This document shows, piece by piece, positions 14,531 through 26,200 of a DNA stretch of 43,540 nt. Source of the DNA: Atractiella rhizophila (taxonomy: Eukaryota); the NCBI GenBank assembly GCA_021432655.1, contig MU271390.1, forward strand, positions 32,186 through 75,725, given 5' to 3'. The position numbers and the translations under genes are program-made. The notes beneath the pieces were generated by a model. It worked only from the letters and a program-made list of their open reading frames with translations, was not told the origin of the DNA and made no database searches. Every line of letters begins with the position of its first letter. Within the stretch, counting starts at the first letter, position 1.

Positions 14531-16222
14531 ATGTCCTCACGCGTTGCTCGAACCACTTCCTTTGCTTCTCGCGCTCTAAGGAGCTCTCTTCAAATTCAAG
14601 CCCCGAAAAGGGGTTTCTCAGTCGCTGCCTCTCAAGCTGGAAGGCGTGCTCAATATGTTCCCAAACTCGCTGTGTTGGTGCGTCGTTCTTAACTGCGTAT
14701 TTCTGTCATAAGCAAGAATCTAAGTCGCAGTGGGCAGGGAGGAGCGAGGGGTAAGAAGACTCTCGACTTCGCCGGAGTGAAGGAAGACGTGTACGAGCGT
14801 GGGGACTGGCCTCTCCCAAGGCTTCAAGAGTATTTCGCGAACGACACGCTCGCGCTCATTGGGTATGGGTCGCAAGGGCATGGTCAAGGCTTGAATGCTC
14901 GAGACAATGGCTTGAACGTGATTGTCGGCGTTCGGAAGGATGGAGAGTCGTGGAAGCAAGCCGTGGAGGATGGATGGGTGCCTGGAAAGACTTTGTTCTC
15001 TATCGAGGAGGCGCTCGAAAAGGGTACAATTATCATGAACCTCCTCTCTGACGCTGCTCAGAGCGCCTATTGGCCGAAGATGAAGCCATATCTCAAGCCA
15101 GGGAAGACCCTCTACTTTTCTCACGGCTTTTCCGTCGTCTACAAGGAGGACACCAAGGTCGAAGTTCCAGAGGGCATCGACGTTATTCTTGTTGCGCCCA
15201 AGGGAAGCGGAAGGACAGTGAGGACATTGTTCAAGGAGGGAAGAGGCATCAACTCTTCCATTGCAGTCTGGCAAGATGCGACTGGCAAGGTTTGTCTTCC
15301 ACACTTCCATGTATTAATTTGCTAAGTAGATGAATAGGCGAAAGAGAAGGCTATTGCTATTGGAATCGGAATCGGTTCCGGATACCTCTACGAGACTACC
15401 TTTGAGAAGGAAGTGTACTCAGATCTGTATGGAGAGAGGGGAGTGCTCATGGGTGCCATCCGTATGCTTCTTTCTATTATTTTCTATTAAGCTCACGGTA
15501 GCTGCGAATTAGAGGGCCTCATGGTAGCTCAGTACAAGGTCCTTCGCCAGAATGGTCACACTCCCTCTGAGGTCCTTCCTAGCACTGTATTTATCAGAAC
15601 ACTTTGGGCTGATGATATAAGCAGGCATTCAACGAGACTGTAGAAGAAGCCACCCAGAGTTTGTATCCACTCATAGGACAGAAAGGTTCGCTTGTTCCTC
15701 TTTTTCTGGAAAATCTGACTAATCCTTGTTTTAGGAATGGACTGTAAGTTTTGTCCTCTCTCTTACCTCAGCCCTGACTTTGGTTCTGCCCCGGTTAGAC
15801 ATGTGTACGTTCCTTCCTGCTGACTACGAAGTATTTTTCTGATTGAGTTGCATCTGCTCATCAGTTGCCGCCTGCTCGACTACTGCTCGTCGTGGCGCCT
15901 TGGACTGGTCTAAGACTTTCGAACAAGTGAATCTTCCCGTGTTCGAGCAGCTGTATGAGAGCGTGAAGAATGGCACGGAAACGAGGAGGAGCTTGGAGTT
16001 CAATGGACGGAAGACATACAGGGAGGATTTGGCGAAGGAGTGCGTCGCTTGCCCTTGTCGATCTGACTGAGTGCTGAATTATTGTGTGTAGGCTGGAGGA
16101 AATCAACAATATGGAGATCTGGCGTGCGGGTCATACCGTTAGAAGCCTGAGGTGTGTATTCCCGTTTTATTTGGCAAAACAGAAATAATAACTTCGGATG
16201 CAGGCCTGATGCTCAGAAGTAG
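14531..16222 (+). CDS. ILV5: Mitochondrial ketol-acid reductoisomerase
   Basis: LIGYGSQGHGQGLN, YFSHGFS, APKGSGRTVR, SDLYGERGVLMG, AFNETVEEATQSLYP and ACSTTARRG. Confidence 0.97.
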
Positions 16223-18112
16223 TTGACTGAGGATTTCAATCTCGTTAGTAAAAGTAGCCTCTAAAGTGATTACTCCGTCACATAGTTCTTTATACTATGG
16301 AATGGTATTACCATGGTTGTTCTCATTATGTCGCAATGTTCCTGTGAGATGCTGACTTGTTGGTGTTGTGATCATATTTGAGAGCATTCAGACTATGGTT
16401 AACAGAGCATGCTCGGGGAAACTGATCAAACGAAATTGAAGTACTAAAGGATAGGTCATAATACTTCCCTTTGTAGTGCTAAATTAAATCATTAATAAAC
16501 GCTGCACGATGCTAGATTTTGGGTGGAAAGCAATTCAAGAACGGAATGAAAACCGAGCAAGAGCACCAAGAGAGACCTTCTAAATACTGTAACGTAAAAA
16601 TGCTCTGAAGAGTACTGACAGTAATGACGACACGTGATATTTGGAATAGTTGTCCATATGTGGGAAGAAGGACGAACTTTGAAATGCTCCGAAATGCGAA
16701 TTACAGTTTGCGCTCTCGATGGCTGTTCCCATCTATCAATACTTCAAACGGAATGTTCAACTTGCTTTTGTCACCACCACCTCTGTTGCTCACCTTCGAC
16801 CTGCTCAAGCAGGCATTCAACGAGACTGTAGAAGAAGCCACCCAGAGTTTGTATCCACTCATAGGACAGAAAGGTTCGCTTGTTCCTCTTTTTCTGGAAA
16901 ATCTGACTAATCCTTGTTTTAGGAATGGACTGTAAGTTTTGTCCTCTCTCTTACCTCAGCCCTGACTTTGGTTCGGCCCCGGTTAGACATGTGTACGTTC
17001 CTTCCTGCTGGGAACCAAGTATTTTTCTGATGGAGTTGCAACTGCTCGTCAGTTGCCGCCTGCTCGACTACTGCTCGTCGTGGCGCCTTGGACTGGTCTA
17101 AGACTTTCGAACAAGTGAATCTTCCCGTGTTTGAGCAGCTGTATGAGAGCGTGAAGAATGGTACGGAAACGAGGAGGAGCTTGGAGTTCAATGGACGGAA
17201 GACATACAGGGAGGATTTGGCTAAGGAGTGCGTCGCTTGCCCTTGTTGATCTGACTGAGTGCTGAATTATTGTGTGTAGGCTGGAGGAAATCAACAATAT
17301 GGAGATCTGGCGTGCGGGTCATACCGTTAGAAGCCTTAGGTGTGTACCCCCTTTTTTATTTGGCAAACAGAAATAATGACTTCGGATGTAGGCCTGATGC
17401 TCAAAAGTGATTGATTGAGGATTTCAATCTCGTTAGTAAAAGTAGCCCTAAAGTGATTACTCCGTCACATAGTTCTTTATACTATGGAATGGTATTACCA
17501 TGGTTGTTCTCATTATGTCGCAATGTTCCTGCGAGATGCTGAAATGTCTTGTTGGTGTTGTGATCATAGAGACCATCCAGACTGTAACAGAGCTCTATGC
17601 TCGGGGAAACTGATCAAAAGAAAATTGAAAGGAGATGGTGTATCTTACAGAGTGCCCTGCGGGTGGGAGTGAAACAAAGAAATACTAAGGGATAGGTCAC
17701 AATAAGTGTTATAATGGCAAAAGCATAAGAAGCGCTGCACGATGCTGGATTTCGGGTAGAAAGCAAATTCAAGAACGGAGTGAAAACTAAGAAAGAGCAC
17801 TAAGAGAGACCGTCTAAGTAAAACTGCTCTAACGAGCGCTTATTTCAGCTCCTCCTTCCAGGTGGCAATTTGTGGCTTTGTGCTTTCCGTTGCTAACTAG
17901 GATTCTGGAGAATAACATTTTAAAGACAATGGCGACACGTGATATTTGGAATAGTTGTCCATATGTGGGAAGAAGGACGAACTTTGAAATACTCCGAAAT
18001 GCGAATTACAGTTTGCGCTCTCGATGGCTGTTCCCATCTATCAATACTTCAAACGGAATGTTCAACTTGCTTTTGTCACCACCACCTCTGTTGCTCACCT
18101 TCGACCTGCTCA
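15619..18112. repeat. Diverged tandem duplication (about 15619-16806 and 16807-18112)
   Basis: The ILV5 3' exons, 3' UTR and next gene's upstream region occur twice; junction ...CTGCTC|AAGCAGGCATTC at about 16807. Confidence 0.95.
16813..17410 (+). pseudogene. ILV5: Second, 5'-less copy of the ILV5 3' exons (probably the alternative allele)
   Basis: AFNETVEE...RPDAQK* repeated with intact splice sites; the exon differences seen are synonymous. Confidence 0.75.
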
Positions 18113-18169
18113 CCATTTCGCAACGTCCAGCCTCAAAAGTTATCAAAAAAAGCAGATCGCCACACTGAC

Positions 18170-20077
18170 ATGAATCCCAACTTCTTCTTTCCGCCCCATC
18201 GCCAACAACAACAGCACCAACAGTCGACGGACAGGGCCCTTCCGCTGCTCTCCCCGCTGTCCATCCCAGACCCATTTCCAGCCGGTTTCGGCCAACTCTC
18301 GCCTGCTACGCCAGATTCAAGGAGCGCCTCGCCACTCGAAAGCCCTTTGAACGGGATCGACAGCTTTCCCCTGGGACAACATGCTGCTAAGGACGTAAGG
18401 AATGGAGGCAGCACCAATTTGGGGGTGGGAGGCAGCGGACTAGGGAACAACCTCGGCGGAAATCAACAGGAAGAACTGGACGAGGCTCAGATTCGTTATT
18501 TGCTGAATCATCCTTCACTAATCGCTGCATTACCCGATTCGCACCCAATCAAGTTCGCAATCAGACAAGTTGACCGTATGTCTTCACATTTCCAAAAGAA
18601 AGGCCATGTTTATTAACCAATGTTTTGTGTGATGTTGCAGCCCGCTCGCCATTGTTAAACCTAGCAGCCTTATCCGCTCCACCGATTCCGCAACAACAAC
18701 CTCACTTTCGTCCTCGTTCATTGGCGAACCCACCGTCCGCACCGCCTTCCATCACCCTTTCACCAGCGGACGAGCCATCTGCAGACCCATTCCCATTAGC
18801 AAAGTATGACCATCCGCCGTTCCCCACTGATCCGCCGTTCCCCCTCCCTGTCAATGTCAATGTATCCGTCAACTCTCCGGCCACATCCGTGCAGTCATTC
18901 TCAGATGTCTCACCACCTTTTCCTGCTCAAGCGTTGACCCAGCCTAGTCCAACAACGTCGAACAATTCGCCAGCTTCCGCGGGGGAGGGGACGAGCCTCA
19001 GAAGAGAAGGTGCGCATGGCGGTGGACGACAAGTGCAGAGTCTTTTCTTCATGCCTTGTATGGATAAAACGCTGGAGGTATTTTGGCACGGTTAGTGTCG
19101 CACACCCCATGTCTCAATTTGTTCCTAATGCTAAATGTTTGAATACAGGAGAAGCAAGAAGGGCGGTCGATGGAACATCACGGGATGCAAGGAATGCTAC
19201 CTCTCATCCTGACAATCAAACGCTATTCTTCCTTGCTGGCAGCTATAACAAGGTCTTCAAGGGGAACTCTGAAGTTTTTCCATGGACAGGAGGGCACGGT
19301 AATGTTTCCATTTCCATGTTTCCGTCGTGGATGCTAAATTGATGATAGGAAACGACTGGCTTAAAGGCCAACGTCAGGCTTGTCTCTGTGGCTTCGACTT
19401 CCTGATGAAAGATCATGCCTCGTCACCCGATCGGGGGGCAAGCTATAAACGGCCAGCCACGGTACGCTGTCACCCTCTCTCTCAGATTGAACGGAAACTG
19501 AGTTGTGTGGACGGACGCATAGATGCGCGACCATCTCGCCAACTGTGAAGCTATGCCAGATTCTTTGCCTCTCAAGATTCTGTGTCGGCTGCAAAGGGAT
19601 GCAACGAGGGCCAGGAGTGCCGCTAAGAGGGATGGAAAGCGACGGAAGGTTTGTCGTTTCTAACCCTTCTTGTTTGTTTCCCTTTGACGTTTGATGACAC
19701 AGTCGAGCGACTCGCGTCTGTCGGGCTCCGATCTGAGCGGGATGATGCGCCTGTCCCCTAATTCGTCTATTGACTTGGTCCATTCCCCCCCCTCTCTCAG
19801 TTCTCTGGTTGCTGATCGTACTGTGCAGAGTGCAAACGCCTCTTGGCGTTCAGGACGACGATATTCAGGTGCGAGCGAAACATCGTTATCCGATCGAGAG
19901 TATAGTAAGAGCCCTGTCGAGAGTCGGAAGAGCCTGGAGCTCCCTCCTCCCAATACCAACAATCCCACAGGTTTACCCCTTCCTCCAGTCACTGTTGCTT
20001 CCTCTGTCTCGACTTCAGAGGAGGAAAACACCACCAACGCGAACCCAAATCGGCTCAGCGGTAACATCGGGTTCTGA
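18170..20077 (+). CDS. P/S/Q-rich putative nuclear regulator with a CxC...HxxxC motif
   Basis: Six exons join in frame through GT-AG introns; QACLCGFDF...YKRPAT|MRDHLANC is followed by basic RARSAAKRDGKRRK. Confidence 0.7.
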
Positions 20078-20589
20078 CGGGCTTTGCGTGATGCGACTGC
20101 AGATAATCATACATGACGCTTTAAATATGGATACGGACAGTCGCGTGAAATAGCTTCATAACCCCACTTGCACTTCTTTCCTGTTCTCAACATGTCTTTC
20201 ATCTCAACGTTCATTTCGACTTTCTGGATTAATAGCTGTTGGAGTTCGTTGTGCCCCATCGATCTATCCATTTATCTCTCGGCTTGAATACGAAAATTGT
20301 ACTATAACTTGCCTGACCATCTCTCAGCCCTGTAGAGTCTCCAGGTTGGAAGTTAAATACTTCGGCCTGGCGTCTTAGAGAATCAAGCATCTTTCGTTTG
20401 GTCCTGTCTCCTCAGAATTTATCTCTACTAGATTGTACACTATTGATCGCTGTACCTGTCTCTCGTTTGTAGGATTGAGGAGGGATAGTTGTATTTGTTG
20501 TGAATGAATTGTAGTAATGCATTGGAGATAAACAATACAAGTGCATGATGCAGGTCTTTGCCGCGAATCGAATCGAACTCACTGAACTG

Positions 20590-23105
20590 CTACTTAGTTT
20601 GTGTTGTCTGTCAGCCTGCGTCAGCGGAGCTATGTGCCAGGAATTTGCGAGAGGACTAACGGGTATCAATGTACCGTTTGTTTTAAACATAAACCCCATT
20701 TTTCGTGCCACGCTAGGCATAAGCCTCAATATTCGTTCATCCCATAATCTGCAAATAAGGCCATGGGGTCCCTGTTTGGATAACGAAGCATTTAGACCCA
20801 GAAGCAAGCTGGTGTTCAAAGGGGAGACGTACAAAGTTTTAAGTTCCTCTCGAATAGCTTTCCTCGCGGCCGCATCGAGCTCGCCTGTGAGAGTCTTCAG
20901 GATCTTTTTGAACTTCGAATCTACCTTCAGGACGACCTCCACCAGGTTTGGGCTTAGTCCACCGACGCCAGATTTCTCTCCTGGTACCTGCAGACGTTCG
21001 CCGCTCCCTGTGTCCGTTCGATTGGCACCCTGACCTGAGGCGGAGGAAAGAAGGTTGAGGGAGCTACTCGCTGGTGATGGCGAGCCGGATGGAGGGAGGG
21101 AGGTGGTGGATGTTGAAATGGGAAGGGAGGAACCTGGAGGCGATAGGAAGTGCTTGATTTTCTCATATGTTTCCACTATCATGTCGCAAGTCGTGAACAG
21201 GACTTGGAAGTAATCGAGTTCGAAAGGCTACATCAAAAAAAGTCACTATCAACCTCGCGTCTTTCTTTGGCGGAGGCACGCACGATATTAGGGACGAGAA
21301 GGTAAGAAACTTCGTTCTCCCCCAGCCCCCCCGCGTAATCGGCCTGTCCCAACCCCAACCCCAGCCCTGCTGCATTCAGGCGTCCCTTCGCCGTACGGCT
21401 CCTAAACATCCCAATCTTGCCCTTCCTCTCAGTCCCGATTCCGCCGGCTCCACCTCCAGGCCCGAAATCCACGGGTCGATCTCCCTCTCCCTCCCTCTCC
21501 TTCTCCGACGGTAGTGTGTCGTACTCATTGAGGAGGGAAAGGAGGCCGCGAAGGAAGTCAGATGCGGACGTAATTTCGAGTAGGGAGGATAGGGACATGC
21601 CGAGAATCGTCAGACGGATGGTTCGGGTTTTGATACGGGGGGACGAGGGTGGAAAGGTTTCGAGCAGAAGGGGTTGGGAGAGGAGGATGGTCTACCAAGC
21701 CCACATGTTCGGCCCATCAGTGCGTTGTCCTTTCAAACACGCGAAGAAATGTGGCCTGAGCTCGGTCTTTTTAACGATGCAGAATCCAAGAGAGCCAATA
21801 CCCTGCGCTCTTGGCCTTCTTTAACAGACAAGGTCCTTCACCAGGACTACGACCTCAGGCCGAGCTTCATGACAAAGATTTCAACTCTGACTGATACCAA
21901 TATTAATCTACATGCTCACTCCCTTGAGAAAACACACCGTCGCGAAAAGGAGAGAAAGCTAAAGTTATTCCAAGGATTGTTTCTTCATCGCGACGATAAA
22001 GAGTTCGTCCTGCTGATCTAGGCAGACCGATGTAGTACAAAGGAGAGTAGGTGGAGTTTAATGTGCATCCAAATTCCCATGACATTTCCAAGTCAAAGAA
22101 AGGAATGCAAACTCAAAGCCTGTAGAAAAAAATTCTACCGATCGACCGACCTTGTATTTTTCAATCCCGAGAAATGCAATACAAGTGAATGAGATTGTTA
22201 GTATTTTCACGTTAAGTTCACGACAGAAGGAGAAATAACTGAAGACGTGGAGAGTCCAAGGTTAAAGCCAATGTCCTCCCTGATCATCATGAAACGAAAT
22301 ACTTATTTTCGAGCTCCTGTTTGAACAAGAACTAGGTAACTGTCACATAACAACTTTTCGCAGTTCGATCCACTTAACTACCCGCTCAAAGAGGAAAGAA
22401 GAATGACCGTTTCAATCCCAGGCTCCCAGGACAACAGTACACTGGATCAGAAGACATTCCCAGAAACTTCTGCCACTGCTCCACAATGTCGTGACAAGGA
22501 ATGCAAGGGACGTAAACGGCAGGTTCAGGACTCATAGCACTAAGAATCTCCTCGCTCTGGCTTTCTGATAAAGGAAGAAATGCTGCTTGATCGAAGGAAT
22601 CGTGTCAGATCAACCAGCCAAGCAAGTGCATGATCGGAAGGTGTGCAATGGAAAGTTCTCTCTTTTCTGAACAAATCCAGGGCAGACAAAGAGCAGTTGA
22701 GAATCAATATAGAGCAGCTCTCCTGGCCTACAGGATGGAAACTAAGAGGTAATTGACAAAGAAAACACCACCACAGAAGATGGAAACAGTTGGCAAAGTC
22801 TTCTGTCGTGGATAGTGTGCCCAAAGAAAAACACCCAAATAAGACGATAAGAAACTCACATCGAACCAGTGGACGTTACCATCACACGCCTTCCTCAAAT
22901 AGGTCCACGTCGTGATTCTCTTCTCTACCGTCCTTCTCAAGCTCTCAGTGGCGTTTTCGAGGGCAGAGACTCCCAAGAGAGTAGGGTCTGAGAGTATTGC
23001 TGGTCGGAGGGGAGGGGGCGAGAGGGTGGAGGAGGGAAGTTGGGGCGGGGGCGAGAAGAGGTTGCTGGACTTTCGTCGGATGGAGGGCGTCTGCTGGGAG
23101 TCCAT
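20590..23105 (-). CDS. Conserved uncharacterised fungal protein; 3' end approximate
   Basis: KRITTWTYLRKACDGNVHWFD|TILLS...LGMSLSSLLEI...SYLLVPNI|PFELDYFQVLFTTCDMIVETYEKI...LKVDSKFKKI; the exons join in frame. Confidence 0.75.
21692..22859 (-). other. Unusually long (~1168 nt) first intron; candidate structured RNA
   Basis: Donor GTGAGT after ...HWFD and acceptor CTGAT...GGTAG before TILLS, both phase 0; many inverted repeats inside. Confidence 0.7.
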
Positions 23106-23292
23106 GTGCTATTACCGATTATATAGAGTTATGGGGCTAATAAACGTATATCTGGCAATGGAGCTGAGTACGTCAATCGACCGAGCTGGTCACTGAGAGA
23201 GTTTAAAGAGCGACAATACAATAACAAAGGCTACATATGAGTCATCGGCACATTCCGACGCACATCAACCACTTGCAATTGGAAGGGAAGGC

Positions 23293-26200
23293 ATGTTCCA
23301 CTCCACCCTCTTCTCACGCCCTCTTCGCGTCGACGACTCCCTCAAGCCCGAAGACGCCGACTCCTCCGAGGCCCAACTCCGGAGCGATCGTCTCGCGTCG
23401 TCACACAAGTTGTTGTCCGCCTGGACGAGCATCCACGACAGGTACTCCGGCTGCAACACCATACTCGAGGAGGAGGATGACATCATCGACTTCTCCCTCG
23501 GCCCTGCTACGGGCGCCGGGGCGTTGGTGCACGAGGTGGGGAGGCTGAGGAACATGAAGGAGAGGCGATTTGGCGAGTTTAGCGACGATGAGGAAGGTGG
23601 TGGGTCTGCTTCTGCTTCTGCTTCTGCTTCCGCTTCTGGGGACGGCGAGGTGGATGGGGATGGAGAGGGAGAGGAAGGAGATGCGGAGGAGGAGGAGGAG
23701 GAGAAGGACGAGCTCGACACCTGGGGTCAACGCGAGGGCGTCGTCTCCTCCAGCTACCGTCTCCAACGCGAAAAAGAGAAGGAGGACATCGAGGACCTCA
23801 AGGAGTTCTTCTCCGCGGAGCGTCTCGCGTCCAAGCGCCGCGGGGAGACCAAAGTCGTCCCTCTGAACCCGCTCACGGACGAACCGCCCTTTCAGAGAGG
23901 GAATCGCAGCGTTCCTGTGCATAGGATGCATTTTCTTGACCTGGAGGGAGGCGCAGAGGCGGACGGCGAGGACGAACTCTCGCTGTGTTCGAGCGCACAC
24001 ACGACACCGACCGTCTCAAGAACTTCATTCCTTCCTTCGATCTCAATGCGGTCCGCGTCAATTTCATCAAAGACGCCTAAATCGGCATCGCGGTCCCTCA
24101 AGGCAGACTCCACTTATTCGCGGTCTCTTTCGACAAGAAAGACGCCGGTGCGACTTTTCCCGTCTTGTTTAATGCACGATAGTTGACTTCTTAACGTGAC
24201 CTAGCCAATTGAATCTCCACTCGTGTCGCGGACGAGCAAAAAACGCAAATACGGCGAGATATCTTCACCTACACAAAGATCTGTTTGTCTCCCTCTTCTC
24301 CAAGTGTCATGATGCAACATTTTTACTGAATGTCTAACAGTCCCCACCATCCAAACACAAACACAGACCTAATCCCCACTCTCCTTCCCTCCCTATCTCC
24401 TTGTCCCTCCGGGATGCAGTACGTGCCCTTCCCACACCACCGTTATCAACCACGCCTTCTCTTCCTCCCATGCGAAGTTCGCCGCCTTCTAAACGGCTTA
24501 CTACTAGCCCTCATAAGAATCTATCGTCTGTTTCCACGTGGGAGAGGAAACTTTCGAAGGAGGCCCATGAAATCAAGACTCCCGTGAAGAAGGATAAGGC
24601 CGTATCTCTTTCGTTGTCGGAACGGAGGCCGTCAGATGTCGCGAAGGAGAAGGAGAGTGTGCGGATGGATTTCATGTCCGAACGCAAGACGATGCCGAAA
24701 ACCCAACCCTTCCTTTTCAAGAGAGCGGTCCTGGAGTTCGAACTGCCCAAAGTACTCTTTCCCGCTCGAGATACATTCCCACTCTCGCATCAAGTGTCCT
24801 CCTCTTCTAAAGGGAAGTCAGCAGCAACGCGGGAGGAGGACGAGGAGGAGGACAGTGAGTTTGAGGTACCAGGAGAGGAAGAGGAAGAGGAAGAGGAGGA
24901 TGTGAAAGAGGAGGACAGCGAATGGCAGCCCGATGAGTCAGAGGAAGAAGAAGAGGAAGATTCAGGAGAAGAGGATGAGGATGCAGATTATGAAAAAAAA
25001 AAAAACGCGGGGAGACCAAAGTCGTCCCTCTGAACCCGCTCACAGATGAACCACCCTTTCAGAGAGGGAATCGAAGCGTTCCTGTGCACAGGATGCATTT
25101 TCTTGACCTAGGGGGAGGCGCAGAGGCGGACGGTGAGGACGAACTCTCGCTGTGTTCGAGCGCACAGACGACACCGACCGTCTCAAGAACGTCATTCCTT
25201 CCTTCGATCTCAATGCGGTCCGCGTCAATTTCATCAAAGACGCCTAAATCGGCATCGCGGTCCCTCAAGGCAGACTCCACTCATTCGCGATCTCTTTCGA
25301 CAAGAAAGACACCGGTGCGACTTTTCCCGTCTTGTTTGTACACGATAGTTGACTCTTTAAACGTGATCTAGCCAATTGAATCCCCACTCGTGTCGCGGAC
25401 GAGCAAAAAACGCAAATATGGCGAGATATCTTCACCTACACAAAGATCTGTTTGTCTTCCTCTTCTCCAATTCTCATGATGCAAAAGTTTATTGAATGTC
25501 TAACAGTCCCCACCGTCCAAACACAAACACAGACCCAATCCACACTCTCCTTCCCTCCCTATCTCCCTGTCCCTCCGGGATGCAGTACGCGCCCTCCCCA
25601 CACCACCGTTATCAACCACGCCTTCTCTTCCTCCCATGCGAAGTTCGCCGTCTTCTAAACGACTTACTTCTGACCCTCATAAGACTCTATCGTCAGTTTC
25701 GATCTGGGAGAGGAAGGTTTCGAAGGAGGCCCATGACATTACGACTCCCGTGAAGAAGGATAAGGCCGTATCCCTTTCGTTGTCGGAACGGAAGCCATCA
25801 GATGTCGCGAAGGAGAAGGAGAGTGTGCGGATGGATTTCATGTCCGAACGCAAGACGATACCGAAAACCCAACCCTTCCTTTTCAAGAGAGCGGTCCTGG
25901 AGTTCGAACGGCCCAAAGTACTCTTTCCTGCTCGAGATACATCCCTACTTTCACATCGAGAACATGTGTCCTCATTTACGGTCAAGTCAGCAGCCTCTAA
26001 ACTCGCAACACAGGAGGAGGACGAGGAGGAGGGCAGCGAGTTTGAGGTACCAGGAGAGGAAGAGGAAGAGGAGGACGTGAAAGAGGAGGACAGCGACTGG
26101 CAACCGGATGAGTCTGAGGAAGAGGAGGAGGAAGATTCAAGAGAAGCGGATGAGGATGCAAATTATGACGAAGAAGCAGTAGAGCAGGATCCAGATAACA

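Noticed and set aside
14720..15310. Long antisense ORFs (also 34592-35517, 30406-30918 and 23401-24000)
   Set aside because: Shadows of codon-biased or low-complexity genes on the opposite strand.
22520..22529. Minus-strand CCUGAACCUG as a telomerase template for (TTCAGG)n
   Set aside because: Short periodic 10-mers arise often by chance, and it can pair with CAGGAGCUCG at about 22311-20. It would matter only if this species' telomeres are TTCAGG, which I cannot see here.
23605..23700. (TCTGCT)n and (GAG)n repeats
   Set aside because: Ordinary coding microsatellites (SA repeats and poly-E) in a disordered region.
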